Source: Candidatus Sumerlaeaceae bacterium (GTDB lineage Bacteria > Sumerlaeota > Sumerlaeia > Sumerlaeales > Sumerlaeaceae). Taken from it: a DNA stretch of 64,000 nucleotides. The translations under genes were made by a program, and so were the position numbers. Shown here piece after piece: positions 16,815-25,405 of this stretch (position 1 is its first letter; each line of letters starts with the position of its first letter). A model generated the notes under the pieces. It saw only the letters and a list, made by a program, of their open reading frames with translations, ran no database searches and had not been told where the DNA came from. Location: contig JBMFRB010000009.1 of assembly GCA_049968255.1 (NCBI GenBank), forward strand, positions 1 through 64,000. Reading direction: 5' to 3'.

Positions 16815-18461
16815 TCAACGATTTTCCCGCCGAAGAACACGTCCAGAACGGGCTCCGGTGAGTGCCCCCTTTTCGTAGGTCACAGCACCGTTGACAATCA
16901 CCATCGCGATCCCCGCAGCTTTGCGCGGCGGAGCGCCGAATTCTCCCTTGTCCGCGATTTTATTCAGATCGAACAACACAAGGTCGGCTGCAAAACCGGA
17001 GCGTACGAGCCCGCGTGCATCGAGCCCAAAAGCCTGGGCCGGGAGGCTAGTCATCTTGCGCACTGCTTCTTCCAGCGAAAGCAGTTTTTTCTCGCGCACG
17101 AAAAGCTCCAGGAAACGCACGAATGCGCCACAGCCACGCGGATGAGGTCTTCCTTCGCCCAATGGGCCGTGAAGGGGACGGCTTTGCGCATCGCTGCAAA
17201 CCATGCAAAGCGGATGCGTAAGCACGCGTACCATATCCTCTTCGCTCATGGAGAAATGCACCATCCAGACGTCAAGGGCAGCCACGCACAGGAGTTCCAC
17301 GAAGAGGTCGAATGGTTGCGCTCCTAGCTCACGCGCCACATCGGCCAGTGTCCATCCTTGATATTTTGAAAATTCATTAGCCGGCATCTCCGCCAGGAGA
17401 ATGTCATTCCACGGCGGAGTCTCCCCGAAATCCTCTTCCATTTCCGAGCGAATCTGCTGGCGCAATTCGACGTTACGTAGGCGCTCTAAGGCAGCAGCTG
17501 TGCCGCCATCCAGCACCCAATGCGGAAGCAAAGACGACAACTCTGTGGAGGAGGCTGTGTACGGGTATCGGTCGAACGCGATGGCTCGGCCTTCGGCAGC
17601 ACGCTGCTCGATTTCGCTAATGACAGCAGCCACCTTGCCCCAGTTGCGCCGCCCTGATGCCTTCAAATGACTGTATTGCGCAGCAATCTGGGCCTGATCC
17701 ACAATCTCAAAGAATTCACGGGCAGCGCTGAGAAGTCGATCGCCTTCGCCCCGCACATGCGAGGCGTACATGGCCTGACGGCATCCAGCCGCCCGCGCAA
17801 GTTCGGTGAGCTCGGCTGTGTCGGCGAACATCCCAGGCGGATAAATAAGGCCAGTGCTCAGCCCCAATGCGCCAGCCTCAAGCGCGCTCTCGAGCTCGCG
17901 GATCATGGCGCGCAGCTCGCCGTGGCTTGGCCGACGATCAGCAAATCCCATGACGCAACCGCGAATGTTTCTGTGGCCAACAAAGGTTGCGAGATTGACG
18001 GCTGGCCGAGCCGCTTCAAGGCGTTCAAAGTATTGCTCTGCGCTCGACCAATTCCATGAAAGTGGCAGTCGGCTCTGGAGGCGTTGCTCATCGGCCTGCA
18101 ATGCGCCCCGCAGCGGAAATGCACTAAAGCCACAATTGCCGACGATTTCCGTGGTCACGCCTTGCGTGATTTTCGACTCGCTGGCTGGCGCAGCGAGCAC
18201 CGTGTAGTCGCTGTGCGCATGCACGTCAATGAACCCAGGCGCGAGGACACAGTGATCTGCCTCCACGATGCGCTTGGCCGGCGGGCACGTCTCATCAAGC
18301 CCGAGCACTTCGCCAATGCGATCGCCCCGCACCACAACATGGCCGTGTCGCAGCGGCGCTCCGCTCCCGTCGCAGATTTGAACATTGCGCAACAGAAGAT
18401 CCGCTGCATTGGCCAAATTGGGTTCTCCCTTACTTTGCCGCGCTGACTCCGGGCCGGTCAT
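16815..18461 (-). CDS. N-acyl-D-amino-acid deacylase (amidohydrolase)
   Basis: APGFIDVHAHSD, GNCGFS, GLSTGLIY, YPYTASST, HPRGCG. Confidence 0.9.
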   Translation of the reverse strand: MTGPESARQSKGEPNLANAADLLLRNVQICDGSGAPLRHGHVVVRGDRIGEVLGLDETCPPAKRIVEADHCVLAPGFIDVHAHSDYTVLAAPASESKITQGVTTEIVGNCGFSAFPLRGALQADEQRLQSRLPLSWNWSSAEQYFERLEAARPAVNLATFVGHRNIRGCVMGFADRRPSHGELRAMIRELESALEAGALGLSTGLIYPPGMFADTAELTELARAAGCRQAMYASHVRGEGDRLLSAAREFFEIVDQAQIAAQYSHLKASGRRNWGKVAAVISEIEQRAAEGRAIAFDRYPYTASSTELSSLLPHWVLDGGTAAALERLRNVELRQQIRSEMEEDFGETPPWNDILLAEMPANEFSKYQGWTLADVARELGAQPFDLFVELLCVAALDVWMVHFSMSEEDMVRVLTHPLCMVCSDAQSRPLHGPLGEGRPHPRGCGAFVRFLELFVREKKLLSLEEAVRKMTSLPAQAFGLDARGLVRSGFAADLVLFDLNKIADKGEFGAPPRKAAGIAMVIVNGAVTYEKGALTGARSGRVLRRENR

Positions 18462-18506
18462 CGTGGTGGTTTCCGGTTCTGCGTGTGTTGCCGTAGGCCG
18501 AGCTAG

Positions 18507-19626
18507 TCATCTTGCGCGGCTTGTGGACTTATTCATCTGCTGGCGCAGGTAGGCCTCAATGAACATATCAATCTCGCCGTCCATGACCGCTTCGATATTG
18601 CTCGTTTCTACTCCTGTGCGCAAGTCCTTCACCAGCTGATAAGGCTGGAAGACATAAGAGCGAATCTGTGATCCCCAGGCGATGTCGAGCTTCTCGCCTT
18701 CTTTCGCCGCAAGCTCGGCGTCGCGCTGTTGCTTATAGTATTGGTAGAGGCGCGAACGGAGAATTTTCATTGCCACAGCGCGGTTTTGATGTTGGCTGCG
18801 CTCGTTTTGACACGACACGACAATACCAGTAGGCAGATGGGTGATGCGCACGGCGCTGTCCGTCACGTTGACGTGTTGTCCACCGCGGCCACCTGCACGA
18901 AAGGTCTCGATCTTCAGGTCCTTCTCATTGATCTCCACTTCGATGTCGTCCTCGATTGCCGGTGAGGCTGTGACGGCCGCAAACGACGTGTGACGTCTCT
19001 TGTTGGCGTCGAATGGCGAAATTCGCACGAGTCGATGCACACCAGACTCCGACTTCAGGTAGCCGTACGCGTATTCACCTTCGATCGAAAGCGTTGCTCG
19101 CGCGATCCCGGCTTCGTCGCCGGGCATGAGATCCACAAGGGAAACCTTATAGCCCCTGCGCTCGGCCCAGCGTGTGTACATGCGCAACAGCATGCTTGCC
19201 CAGTCGCAGCTTTCTGTCCCACCCGCGCCTGGATGAATGTGAAGAAAACAACTGGCCACGTCGTCGGGATCGCTCAGCATGTTACGGAACTCGAGATCCT
19301 CAATTTTCGCTTTCAGCTTCGCTGTTTCGGCCTCGAGTTCGGCTTCCATCGCCGGATCTGGCTCCTGGCTGAGCAGCTCGGCAAGCTCCAATGCGGCGTC
19401 CACCTCTTTCTCGAGTTGTTCCCACGGCTCAACCTGGCGCTTGAGAGTGTTGAGCTTTTTCAGGTGTTCTTGGGCGCTACGATTGTCGTTCCAAAAATCA
19501 GGCGCTGCTGTTTGCTGCTCCATGCGCTCGATCTCTGCACGTTTCGCGGCGTGGTCAAAGATACACCTTCGTCTGCGAAATGCGCTCGCGCAATTGCTCC
19601 AGTTGTTCGATAGTATCCGTGATCAT
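18507..19626 (-). CDS. prfB: Peptide chain release factor 2 (programmed +1 frameshift)
   Basis: Short frame MITDTIEQ...TKVYL ends at CTT TGA C (19554-19560); the +1 frame continues with SPF and GGQ motifs. Confidence 0.96.
19554..19569 (-). promoter_or_regulatory. prfB +1 frameshift site
   Basis: AAG GTG TAT CTT TGA C: internal SD-like sequence, slippery CTT, TGA-C stop. Confidence 0.93.
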
Positions 19627-19884
19627 CGTCTCTCGCACTTTTCCGATTGTGCTCAAAGCCCTGAGATCTAGCCTCTTCGCATTACCCTTTTGCTTTCTCT
19701 CAAATTCTTTCCGATACCACCTGTGTGCAAGAGCCGAGCGTGCAGATATGGGATGGGGGGCGAAAAGCACACTGACACAGCAACACGCGATGGTGCGAAG
19801 GCAGAACTATCACTCAAAAAAGAGAAAAAAGAGACGAACGAAAAATTAAAACGAATAACGCCCGAGCGCGGGTCTAATACATGC

Positions 19885-20055
19885 GCGAGAGGCGATCGAA
19901 GAGCAATCTTCGAGGAAGCCTCCGGAGAAGTTGCTTCAACGGTAGTGCCCTAGCCAGGGTGTTCTTCAGTTGAATTCGTTTTTCCGGTAGCCCCTCCCCC
20001 GCATCTCACATTTTGGCGATGCCCATGTGGCTTCGCAAGCAACAGGAGTAGTAGT
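19885..20055 (+). ncRNA. Structured 5' leader of csp copy 1 (candidate thermosensor)
   Basis: About 170 nt leader conserved in the paralogous copy at 20609-20776, with compensatory changes in hairpins. Confidence 0.65.
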
Positions 20056-20262
20056 ATGTCGAACGGAACCGTCAAGTGGTTCAACGATGCAAAGGGCTAT
20101 GGGTTCATTACCCAAACGAATGGCCCGGACCTTTTTGTCCATTATACATCGATCGTGGCAAGCGGTCGCAAAACCCTCATGGAGGGCGAACCGGTGACCT
20201 TTGAAGTCACCCAGGGACCGAAGGGTCCGCAGGCGACAAATGTTCGCCGTTCGAACGACTAA
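20056..20262 (+). CDS. cspA: Cold-shock protein (CspA family), copy 1
   Basis: [13 protein letters not shown] and LFVHY RNP motifs; AGGAG RBS. Confidence 0.96.
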   Translation: MSNGTVKWFNDAKGYGFITQTNGPDLFVHYTSIVASGRKTLMEGEPVTFEVTQGPKGPQATNVRRSND

Positions 20263-20306
20263 TTGGCCGGTCATCCGGCAGCGTTGATTTGATCCAAGGA
20301 CTCACG

Positions 20307-20353
20307 CGGCTGTGGGGAGCGAACAAGCTCTCCACAGCCGGTTTTCTTTTTTT
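20307..20353 (+). terminator. Intrinsic terminator of csp copy 1
   Basis: CGGCTGTGGGGAGC-GAACAA-GCTCTCCACAGCCG followed by GTTTTCTTTTTT. Confidence 0.85.
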
Positions 20354-20608
20354 ATCCACAACTCGCCTTGCCTGCTCCGCATCATTTCTTCGCCGAGCTC
20401 TCCGCACGCCCTTTTCATGACGAGCGCTTCCTCCTCCCCACCCCAAAAGTCGCGTCGCAGGTGCGCGTGACAGTAGACCATGGAGTGCCGAGCCCAGCTG
20501 TCCAGCCGGCCATTGCTGCAAAGGCCAGGGCTTGCGCCAGAAACTAAGAAAAAATGCCGAGGCTAAAAAAGTGCATGAATAAGCCAGCAGGGTTGTTCTA
20601 GTACTCTG

Positions 20609-20776
20609 GCGAGAGGCGATCGGAGAGCAATCTTCGAGGAAGCCTCCGGAGAAGTTGCTTCAACGGTAGTGGCCCGCATGGGTGATCTTCAGTTGAATTC
20701 GGTTTTTCCGGCAGTTCTTCCCCGCCCCTCACATTTCAGCGTAACCCGCGTGGTACGCAGCAACAGGAGTCGTAGT
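20609..20776 (+). ncRNA. Structured 5' leader of csp copy 2 (candidate thermosensor)
   Basis: Paralog of 19885-20055. Confidence 0.65.
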
Positions 20777-20983
20777 ATGCCGAACGGGACCGTCAAATGG
20801 TTCAACGACGCGAAGGGCTATGGTTTTATCACCCAGCCCAACGGCCCGGACCTTTTCGTCCATTACACCTCAATCGTAGCAAGTGGTCGCAAGACCCTTG
20901 TCGAGGGGGAGCCAGTGACCTTCGAGGTCACGCAAGGCCCGAAAGGCCCACAGGCGACGAACGTTCGTCGTCTCAATGGCTAA
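20777..20983 (+). CDS. cspA: Cold-shock protein (CspA family), copy 2
   Basis: [18 protein letters not shown], nearly identical protein to copy 1; AGGAG RBS before ATG 20777. Confidence 0.96.
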   Translation: MPNGTVKWFNDAKGYGFITQPNGPDLFVHYTSIVASGRKTLVEGEPVTFEVTQGPKGPQATNVRRLNG

Positions 20984-21030
20984 TGGCCGTTCCTACGGCA
21001 AGGGCCTTGATGTGATTTGAAATTTCCTCG

Positions 21031-21074
21031 CGGCCGTGGAGAGCGCCCAAGCTCTCTACGGCCGATTTTTCTTT
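21031..21074 (+). terminator. Intrinsic terminator of csp copy 2
   Basis: CGGCCGTGGAGAGC-GCCCAA-GCTCTCTACGGCCG-ATTTTTCTTT; overlaps the 3' end of the convergent gene. Confidence 0.85.
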
Positions 21075-21640
21075 CCGCTGCCGTCCTCGTTCTTTGCAGA
21101 TTCGGTTTTCCCCTGCCTCAACCGCGCTACTTCATGGCGCAAGAGATCAAGCTCGTTTTCCAACCTTTCGACGCGTTGCTCCAGTCTTTCTAGAGTAGCC
21201 ACCACCTTCGTGTTGAAGAAGCTCTGTCGCAGGAAAATGGCGTCGGTGTACTTGCGCACCCAGAAGCGAACAAATTTTTTCCACGCGATGATGAGCCTGC
21301 CGATGCGTGGCCGATGCGAACGAATAGGCTCACCCTCGAGTGCAAGTCTCGCTGCTGCCCGCAAAAGGTCGAGTTCTTCGCCCACGGACGTCACCCACTC
21401 TGCTCCAAACGAGGAACGCGCCTGCATGGAGCCCGTCGCAGGCTCGTCGTAAAGTTTGGACGCACGTTTTTCCTGAACGAGCGCCCGCACCTCCGCCATG
21501 AGTTGTTCGACGTCGAGCCCTTCGGGCGCACTGATGATTCGCGGGGTTGCCATGTCGGCGTCCTGCGTTTCACTCGGCCTGCCCGGTTTTTCATTCGGTG
21601 CAGCGTCCTGGCTCGATGGGGTGGTCGTCTCATTGTTCAT
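21056..21640 (-). CDS. Hypothetical coiled-coil protein (SHR...Q..FN module seen in glycan-associated methyl/glycosyltransferases)
   Basis: LDVEQLMAEVR, IRSHRPRIGRLII...RQSFFN, C-terminal heptad repeats. Confidence 0.7.
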   Translation of the reverse strand: MNNETTTPSSQDAAPNEKPGRPSETQDADMATPRIISAPEGLDVEQLMAEVRALVQEKRASKLYDEPATGSMQARSSFGAEWVTSVGEELDLLRAAARLALEGEPIRSHRPRIGRLIIAWKKFVRFWVRKYTDAIFLRQSFFNTKVVATLERLEQRVERLENELDLLRHEVARLRQGKTESAKNEDGSGKKNRP

Positions 21641-21881
21641 GGTAGGGAATGATCCTTTCACATTGCTCAGGAACTTCAACATTTATGCCAAGAAGCTCCG
21701 CCCACATTTGTAACATGGTTTAGCTATTGTCCGCCAGAGGCCACGTTGCGCCGTGGCCTGGGTTTCGGGAAGCGAAAAAACTTGACTCTTGCGACTCAAA
21801 ACTCGCGAATCACGAAGATTCTGTGCAATTGCGTAAAAATTCGACAACTACAGACAGAAAGAGCGCTAGAGCCCGTCTCCT

Positions 21882-23942
21882 ATGCCCATGAATCTTTTCA
21901 ATCCGGTCTTTCATGCTCACGCATTTGTACCGGGTTCACGAATTGAGCTAGATCAGACACTGCCGCCATCGTTGCATGGCGAGGATATCGAGTACTGGCT
22001 CGAAAAGCTGAGCGAGCCGCCTCGTTTCATCGAGCGCATTTCACCCGTGGGGGTGATTCTTGGCAACGATGCGGTGCGCGGCAAAAACTGGACGGACATG
22101 ATGCTGCGCGCCTATCGCCAGTTTTTCAAAACTTACAGCCATATAGCATTCTATATCCGCCAGGTGCTTGTTGACCGCTTCGGCGAACACGGCCTCCTGC
22201 CCTTTATGAGCCTCGACATCGAACCGTGCATCATCGAGCGAATGATAAACCTCGATTACGAAGAGGGGGAAAACGCTTACGGAATTCTCCTCGAACTCAT
22301 TCGCACGGGCGTCGTGTCGCCCGCGGCCACCGTGCCATTCCATGTGATCCTCCCCATGCTTGGCAGTGAGTTCGATCAGCGCCTTTGCGTGCGCATGGGG
22401 CTCGAGTTTTACTGGCGCTTCGTTCGCGAGTACCTGGCCTTCATTGAGGAGACCCACGACGAACGTGCCTTCGTTTTGCCGTTTTTTTTGCCTGAATATT
22501 CCTACTCGGAAGAATCCGTGCGGATTCTTGTCGAGGAATTCCTGCGACTGGCCGAACGCGAGGAGTGCCAGAATCCTCATCTTGTGCTGATGCTCGATAA
22601 TGCGCAATCCGTGGATTGCGACATTGATGTCCTGATGAAATCTTGGAACCGGCTCAAATGGGGCAAAGAAAAGCCACCTGTGTCAGTGGTGTTCCGCGAT
22701 CGCGCTTTCAGCGAGTGGATGACTTATTCGCACCCCTCGGTGAAAAAGCTCCTCGACCGCACCATCGCCAAGGTGGACAGTGACCTCAACGCCGCGGGTG
22801 CGAATTATTGCTGGGCCCATTTCGAAAATCTCGAAGACCTCACTTTTGATTCCAAGTCACTCAGCAACTTCGAGCAAAAAGTCGTGAAATTGGCCCAACT
22901 TTCTTATCTCACGATCTCGCCCGATGTTTACGTCCGGCGCAAGCTCCTGCGCAAGTTTACCCTTATCAGCCACGAGCCGCAATTCGTCGAGGTGCGCTCA
23001 GTGACCGCTGGCAATGATTGGCACCCCAAGCCAAGCCTTGGCCGATGGGAAGGCGTGCTGGATTCGAACGCACCAATTCAGCTCGTAGACGAAAGCCGAC
23101 CCATCACTCGGCGCGTGCGTGGTGGGCGTCTCCAGGTGCTCATGCCGCAATGCTGGAAAATTGCCTTTATACGCGCGATCCGGACCTGTGCGGCCGCTGT
23201 CAAGGGCGACCCGCATACGCTGAAAGGGGGAGTCATCGAGCTCTTGGCTCAGATTTCCGGCCAAAAGGATCCCGCAACCGTGCGTGAACACATCTTCGAG
23301 TTCCTCTCCGCGTATGGCTATGTTTACTGGCGCGAGCATTTCTTGCAGCACGAGATGAGTGAGGCCGATGTCCAGATGCGAGATATGGTCGACGAGCTAT
23401 TGCTGCGTGGCACACGAAAACGTCTGCGCGACGAAGAGTACCTCATCGCCGCAGTTGCAGCCCAAGCTTACTTCTTCGCGCTGGATGCCATGCGTAGCCA
23501 CGCCACTCATTGGGAAAATCTCGATCAGCGTGCCGCTTATCAGAATGTCCTTATGATCACGCTGGCGTTGGTGAACCTCATGACCGTGTATCACTGGATG
23601 AAAAAGCCGGCCGAGGCCAAAAAGCTCTTCGATGTGATGCAAACCGAGCTGTTCGACTTCGAAACAGCTTACCAGCGTTACGAGCTGGCGGAGTATGGAG
23701 TGACTTCGCAAGAGTGGGAGCTTGCTGTGAAAAGCGAGATCGAAGATTCGCCGCTAAACCTCGTGACTCGGGCTGCGCGGCGCACCGCTGCACGCCACCT
23801 GCGTCCCCTCGGCTATAAAAAAGAATTCAGCCGCGAAGATGAGGAAATCCCCCATGCCACAGGCCATATCTGGTCGGCCGAAATTGAGAATATCAATTAT
23901 AAGTGGGAAAATAAACTCTTCTGCGGTTTGCGCGAGGAATGA
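21882..23942 (+). CDS. Divergent glycoside hydrolase family 57-fold protein
   Basis: FHAHAFVP, PFHVILPML, FFLPE and VFRDRAFS line up in order with motifs of the canonical GH57 at 50145-52478. Confidence 0.7.
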   Translation: MPMNLFNPVFHAHAFVPGSRIELDQTLPPSLHGEDIEYWLEKLSEPPRFIERISPVGVILGNDAVRGKNWTDMMLRAYRQFFKTYSHIAFYIRQVLVDRFGEHGLLPFMSLDIEPCIIERMINLDYEEGENAYGILLELIRTGVVSPAATVPFHVILPMLGSEFDQRLCVRMGLEFYWRFVREYLAFIEETHDERAFVLPFFLPEYSYSEESVRILVEEFLRLAEREECQNPHLVLMLDNAQSVDCDIDVLMKSWNRLKWGKEKPPVSVVFRDRAFSEWMTYSHPSVKKLLDRTIAKVDSDLNAAGANYCWAHFENLEDLTFDSKSLSNFEQKVVKLAQLSYLTISPDVYVRRKLLRKFTLISHEPQFVEVRSVTAGNDWHPKPSLGRWEGVLDSNAPIQLVDESRPITRRVRGGRLQVLMPQCWKIAFIRAIRTCAAAVKGDPHTLKGGVIELLAQISGQKDPATVREHIFEFLSAYGYVYWREHFLQHEMSEADVQMRDMVDELLLRGTRKRLRDEEYLIAAVAAQAYFFALDAMRSHATHWENLDQRAAYQNVLMITLALVNLMTVYHWMKKPAEAKKLFDVMQTELFDFETAYQRYELAEYGVTSQEWELAVKSEIEDSPLNLVTRAARRTAARHLRPLGYKKEFSREDEEIPHATGHIWSAEIENINYKWENKLFCGLREE

Positions 23943-24006
23943 GTTGCCACTTTCCTGCACAAACACTGGCCCCCACGGTCCGCGCGGCGTGCCTTGATGA
24001 GCAGAG

Positions 24007-24147
24007 AAAGCCCCCCGTACTAAACGGGCAAGACGTGGCCTCGTGTTTTTCCGGCTCAAGTATGTGCGTCGAAAAACTCGGGCGGGCTGGAACAGGCATC
24101 GCGTACGCGAAGTTCCTCCTTTTTCTGCAAAGAAGACGGGGGGCCTT
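24007..24147 (-). ncRNA. Candidate structured RNA between convergent genes
   Basis: Closing stem AAGGCCCCCCGT/ACGGGGGGCTTT encloses three hairpin arms; G-U pairs favour the minus strand. Confidence 0.35.
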
Positions 24148-24508
24148 AAAGGTTTCCCCGTTGCATCGCTCTTCGTGACGCGAGGCTGCGCTGCGAGGCC
24201 CAAACGACCGTATTCGCGCCACATGCCGGCGAGGTTGCCCCCGCAGTATACGACTCCTTCATGAAGAGATTTGATCACCCCTCAGCGAACACGTTCAGCG
24301 CGATGGCGCACAAAGAGTGTGACGTATTATTTCGTAAGCGGCAGAGCAAACTCTGTGACTCAGGACAAGCATTGCTTGTCGCTGCATCACGGCGATGTTC
24401 ACTCTTATTTCCCAAATACTTTCACGTCTGCCTTGGAAGGGCTTTACGGAATGAGCGTGCGCTCCACAGCCATCGCACGTTTCGCTGAAGGCTGCCTGCT
24501 TTCTGACC

Positions 24509-24895
24509 TCAAATGACTTCGCTCTCGAGATCGTCCCGTATAAGAAGCAAAATGGCTGACTGTGGCACGACCAAATAAACTTCGCCACAGTAGCGAATTT
24601 CGACCGCCTCCTTACGAAGAAACAGGGCGTAATCTCCCTCGCGCGCTTGCACGGGAATATAGCGCACGCTGCGGTCGCCTTTATAGTGCTCAGCCCATGG
24701 CTCGGAATCGTCTGCGGCGAGATTCGGCACCGCTATGCCTGGTCCCACAGCTAGCACACGCCCCGACTGAACAGGCTCCTTCTCCATGACGCTTTGGGGC
24801 AGTACAAGTCCCACCTTCGTGCGTTCTTCTGGATTGTCGGGTTTGATGAGCACACGATCTCCAACCACGAGTATCTCTTTTGTTCCAATATGCAT
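24509..24895 (-). CDS. Co-chaperonin GroES (Cpn10) family protein, no adjacent groEL
   Basis: GDRVLIKP, TKVGLVLP mobile loop, GRVLAVGPG, YLVVPQSAIL. Confidence 0.85.
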   Translation of the reverse strand: MHIGTKEILVVGDRVLIKPDNPEERTKVGLVLPQSVMEKEPVQSGRVLAVGPGIAVPNLAADDSEPWAEHYKGDRSVRYIPVQAREGDYALFLRKEAVEIRYCGEVYLVVPQSAILLLIRDDLESEVI

Positions 24896-25289
24896 GACAA
24901 AAACAAATGCGGCATTTCCGCTTCCATAGTCGAGCAGAAAATCGGCGCAGCAGTCCGACCTCGCCTCCTTCCCCTATTTACATACCAGCAATCAAATCGC
25001 ATCTCCGCGCAGCAGGACCACATTGTCGTTCTCGATCCTAAGGCTGAATGTACCTCAACTCACTAGCGGAATGAGAAATACGCCATACTCTTTTTCTTCT
25101 GCTTTTGACGCGGTAGTAGCCCCAGCTGCAATTGTGAGTCAATCGAGCCAAAATTCTCCAAAGGGCTCCCGACCCATTGCTTGCCAAGGAGGCCAGCCAT
25201 CAGACCCACAAAAATTGTACGAGTTGCTCCCAGCCAACGAAACATGGCACACATTGTCTCGTTCATTGACGTCGTTTAGGGGAACTGAC

Positions 25290-25317
25290 CTGCCGATTTT
25301 ACTTGCACGCGTAAAAT
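25290..25317 (+). promoter_or_regulatory. Putative promoter CTGCCG-N16-TAAAAT overlapped by inverted repeat ATTTTAC-N8-GTAAAAT
   Basis: 7-8-7 perfect inverted repeat at 25296-25317, upstream of the dehydrogenase-lyase-hydratase operon. Confidence 0.45.
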
Positions 25318-25405
25318 ATCGCCCTTGGCGTAGCTCTTAGGCGTGGGCGCGCAAACAGTGCCGCGCACGTGGTGTCGCAAAAATCCACACGTAAGGAGCG
25401 GGGTA

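Larger units (their letters stand above)
19853..21074 (+). repeat. Tandem duplication of a whole csp transcription unit (period about 721 bp)
   Basis: Promoter motif, leader, CDS and terminator all occur twice; the spacers have diverged. Confidence 0.9.

Noticed and set aside
20669-20776. 36-codon N-terminal extension on csp copy 2
   Set aside because: This is the conserved leader; the RBS and alignment with copy 1 place the start at 20777.
23893-24222. Minus-strand ORF with AGGAGG, considered as a type I toxin
   Set aside because: The SD is about 15 nt from the ATG, and the product is not hydrophobic and runs into the opposite gene.
24138-24260. GGGGGGCCTTAAAGGTTTC resembling a tmRNA 5' end
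   Set aside because: It lacks the following CGAC, a tag reading frame and a tRNA-like 3' end.
25063-25266. 67 aa minus-strand ORF upstream of the groES-like gene
   Set aside because: No clear RBS or recognisable motif.
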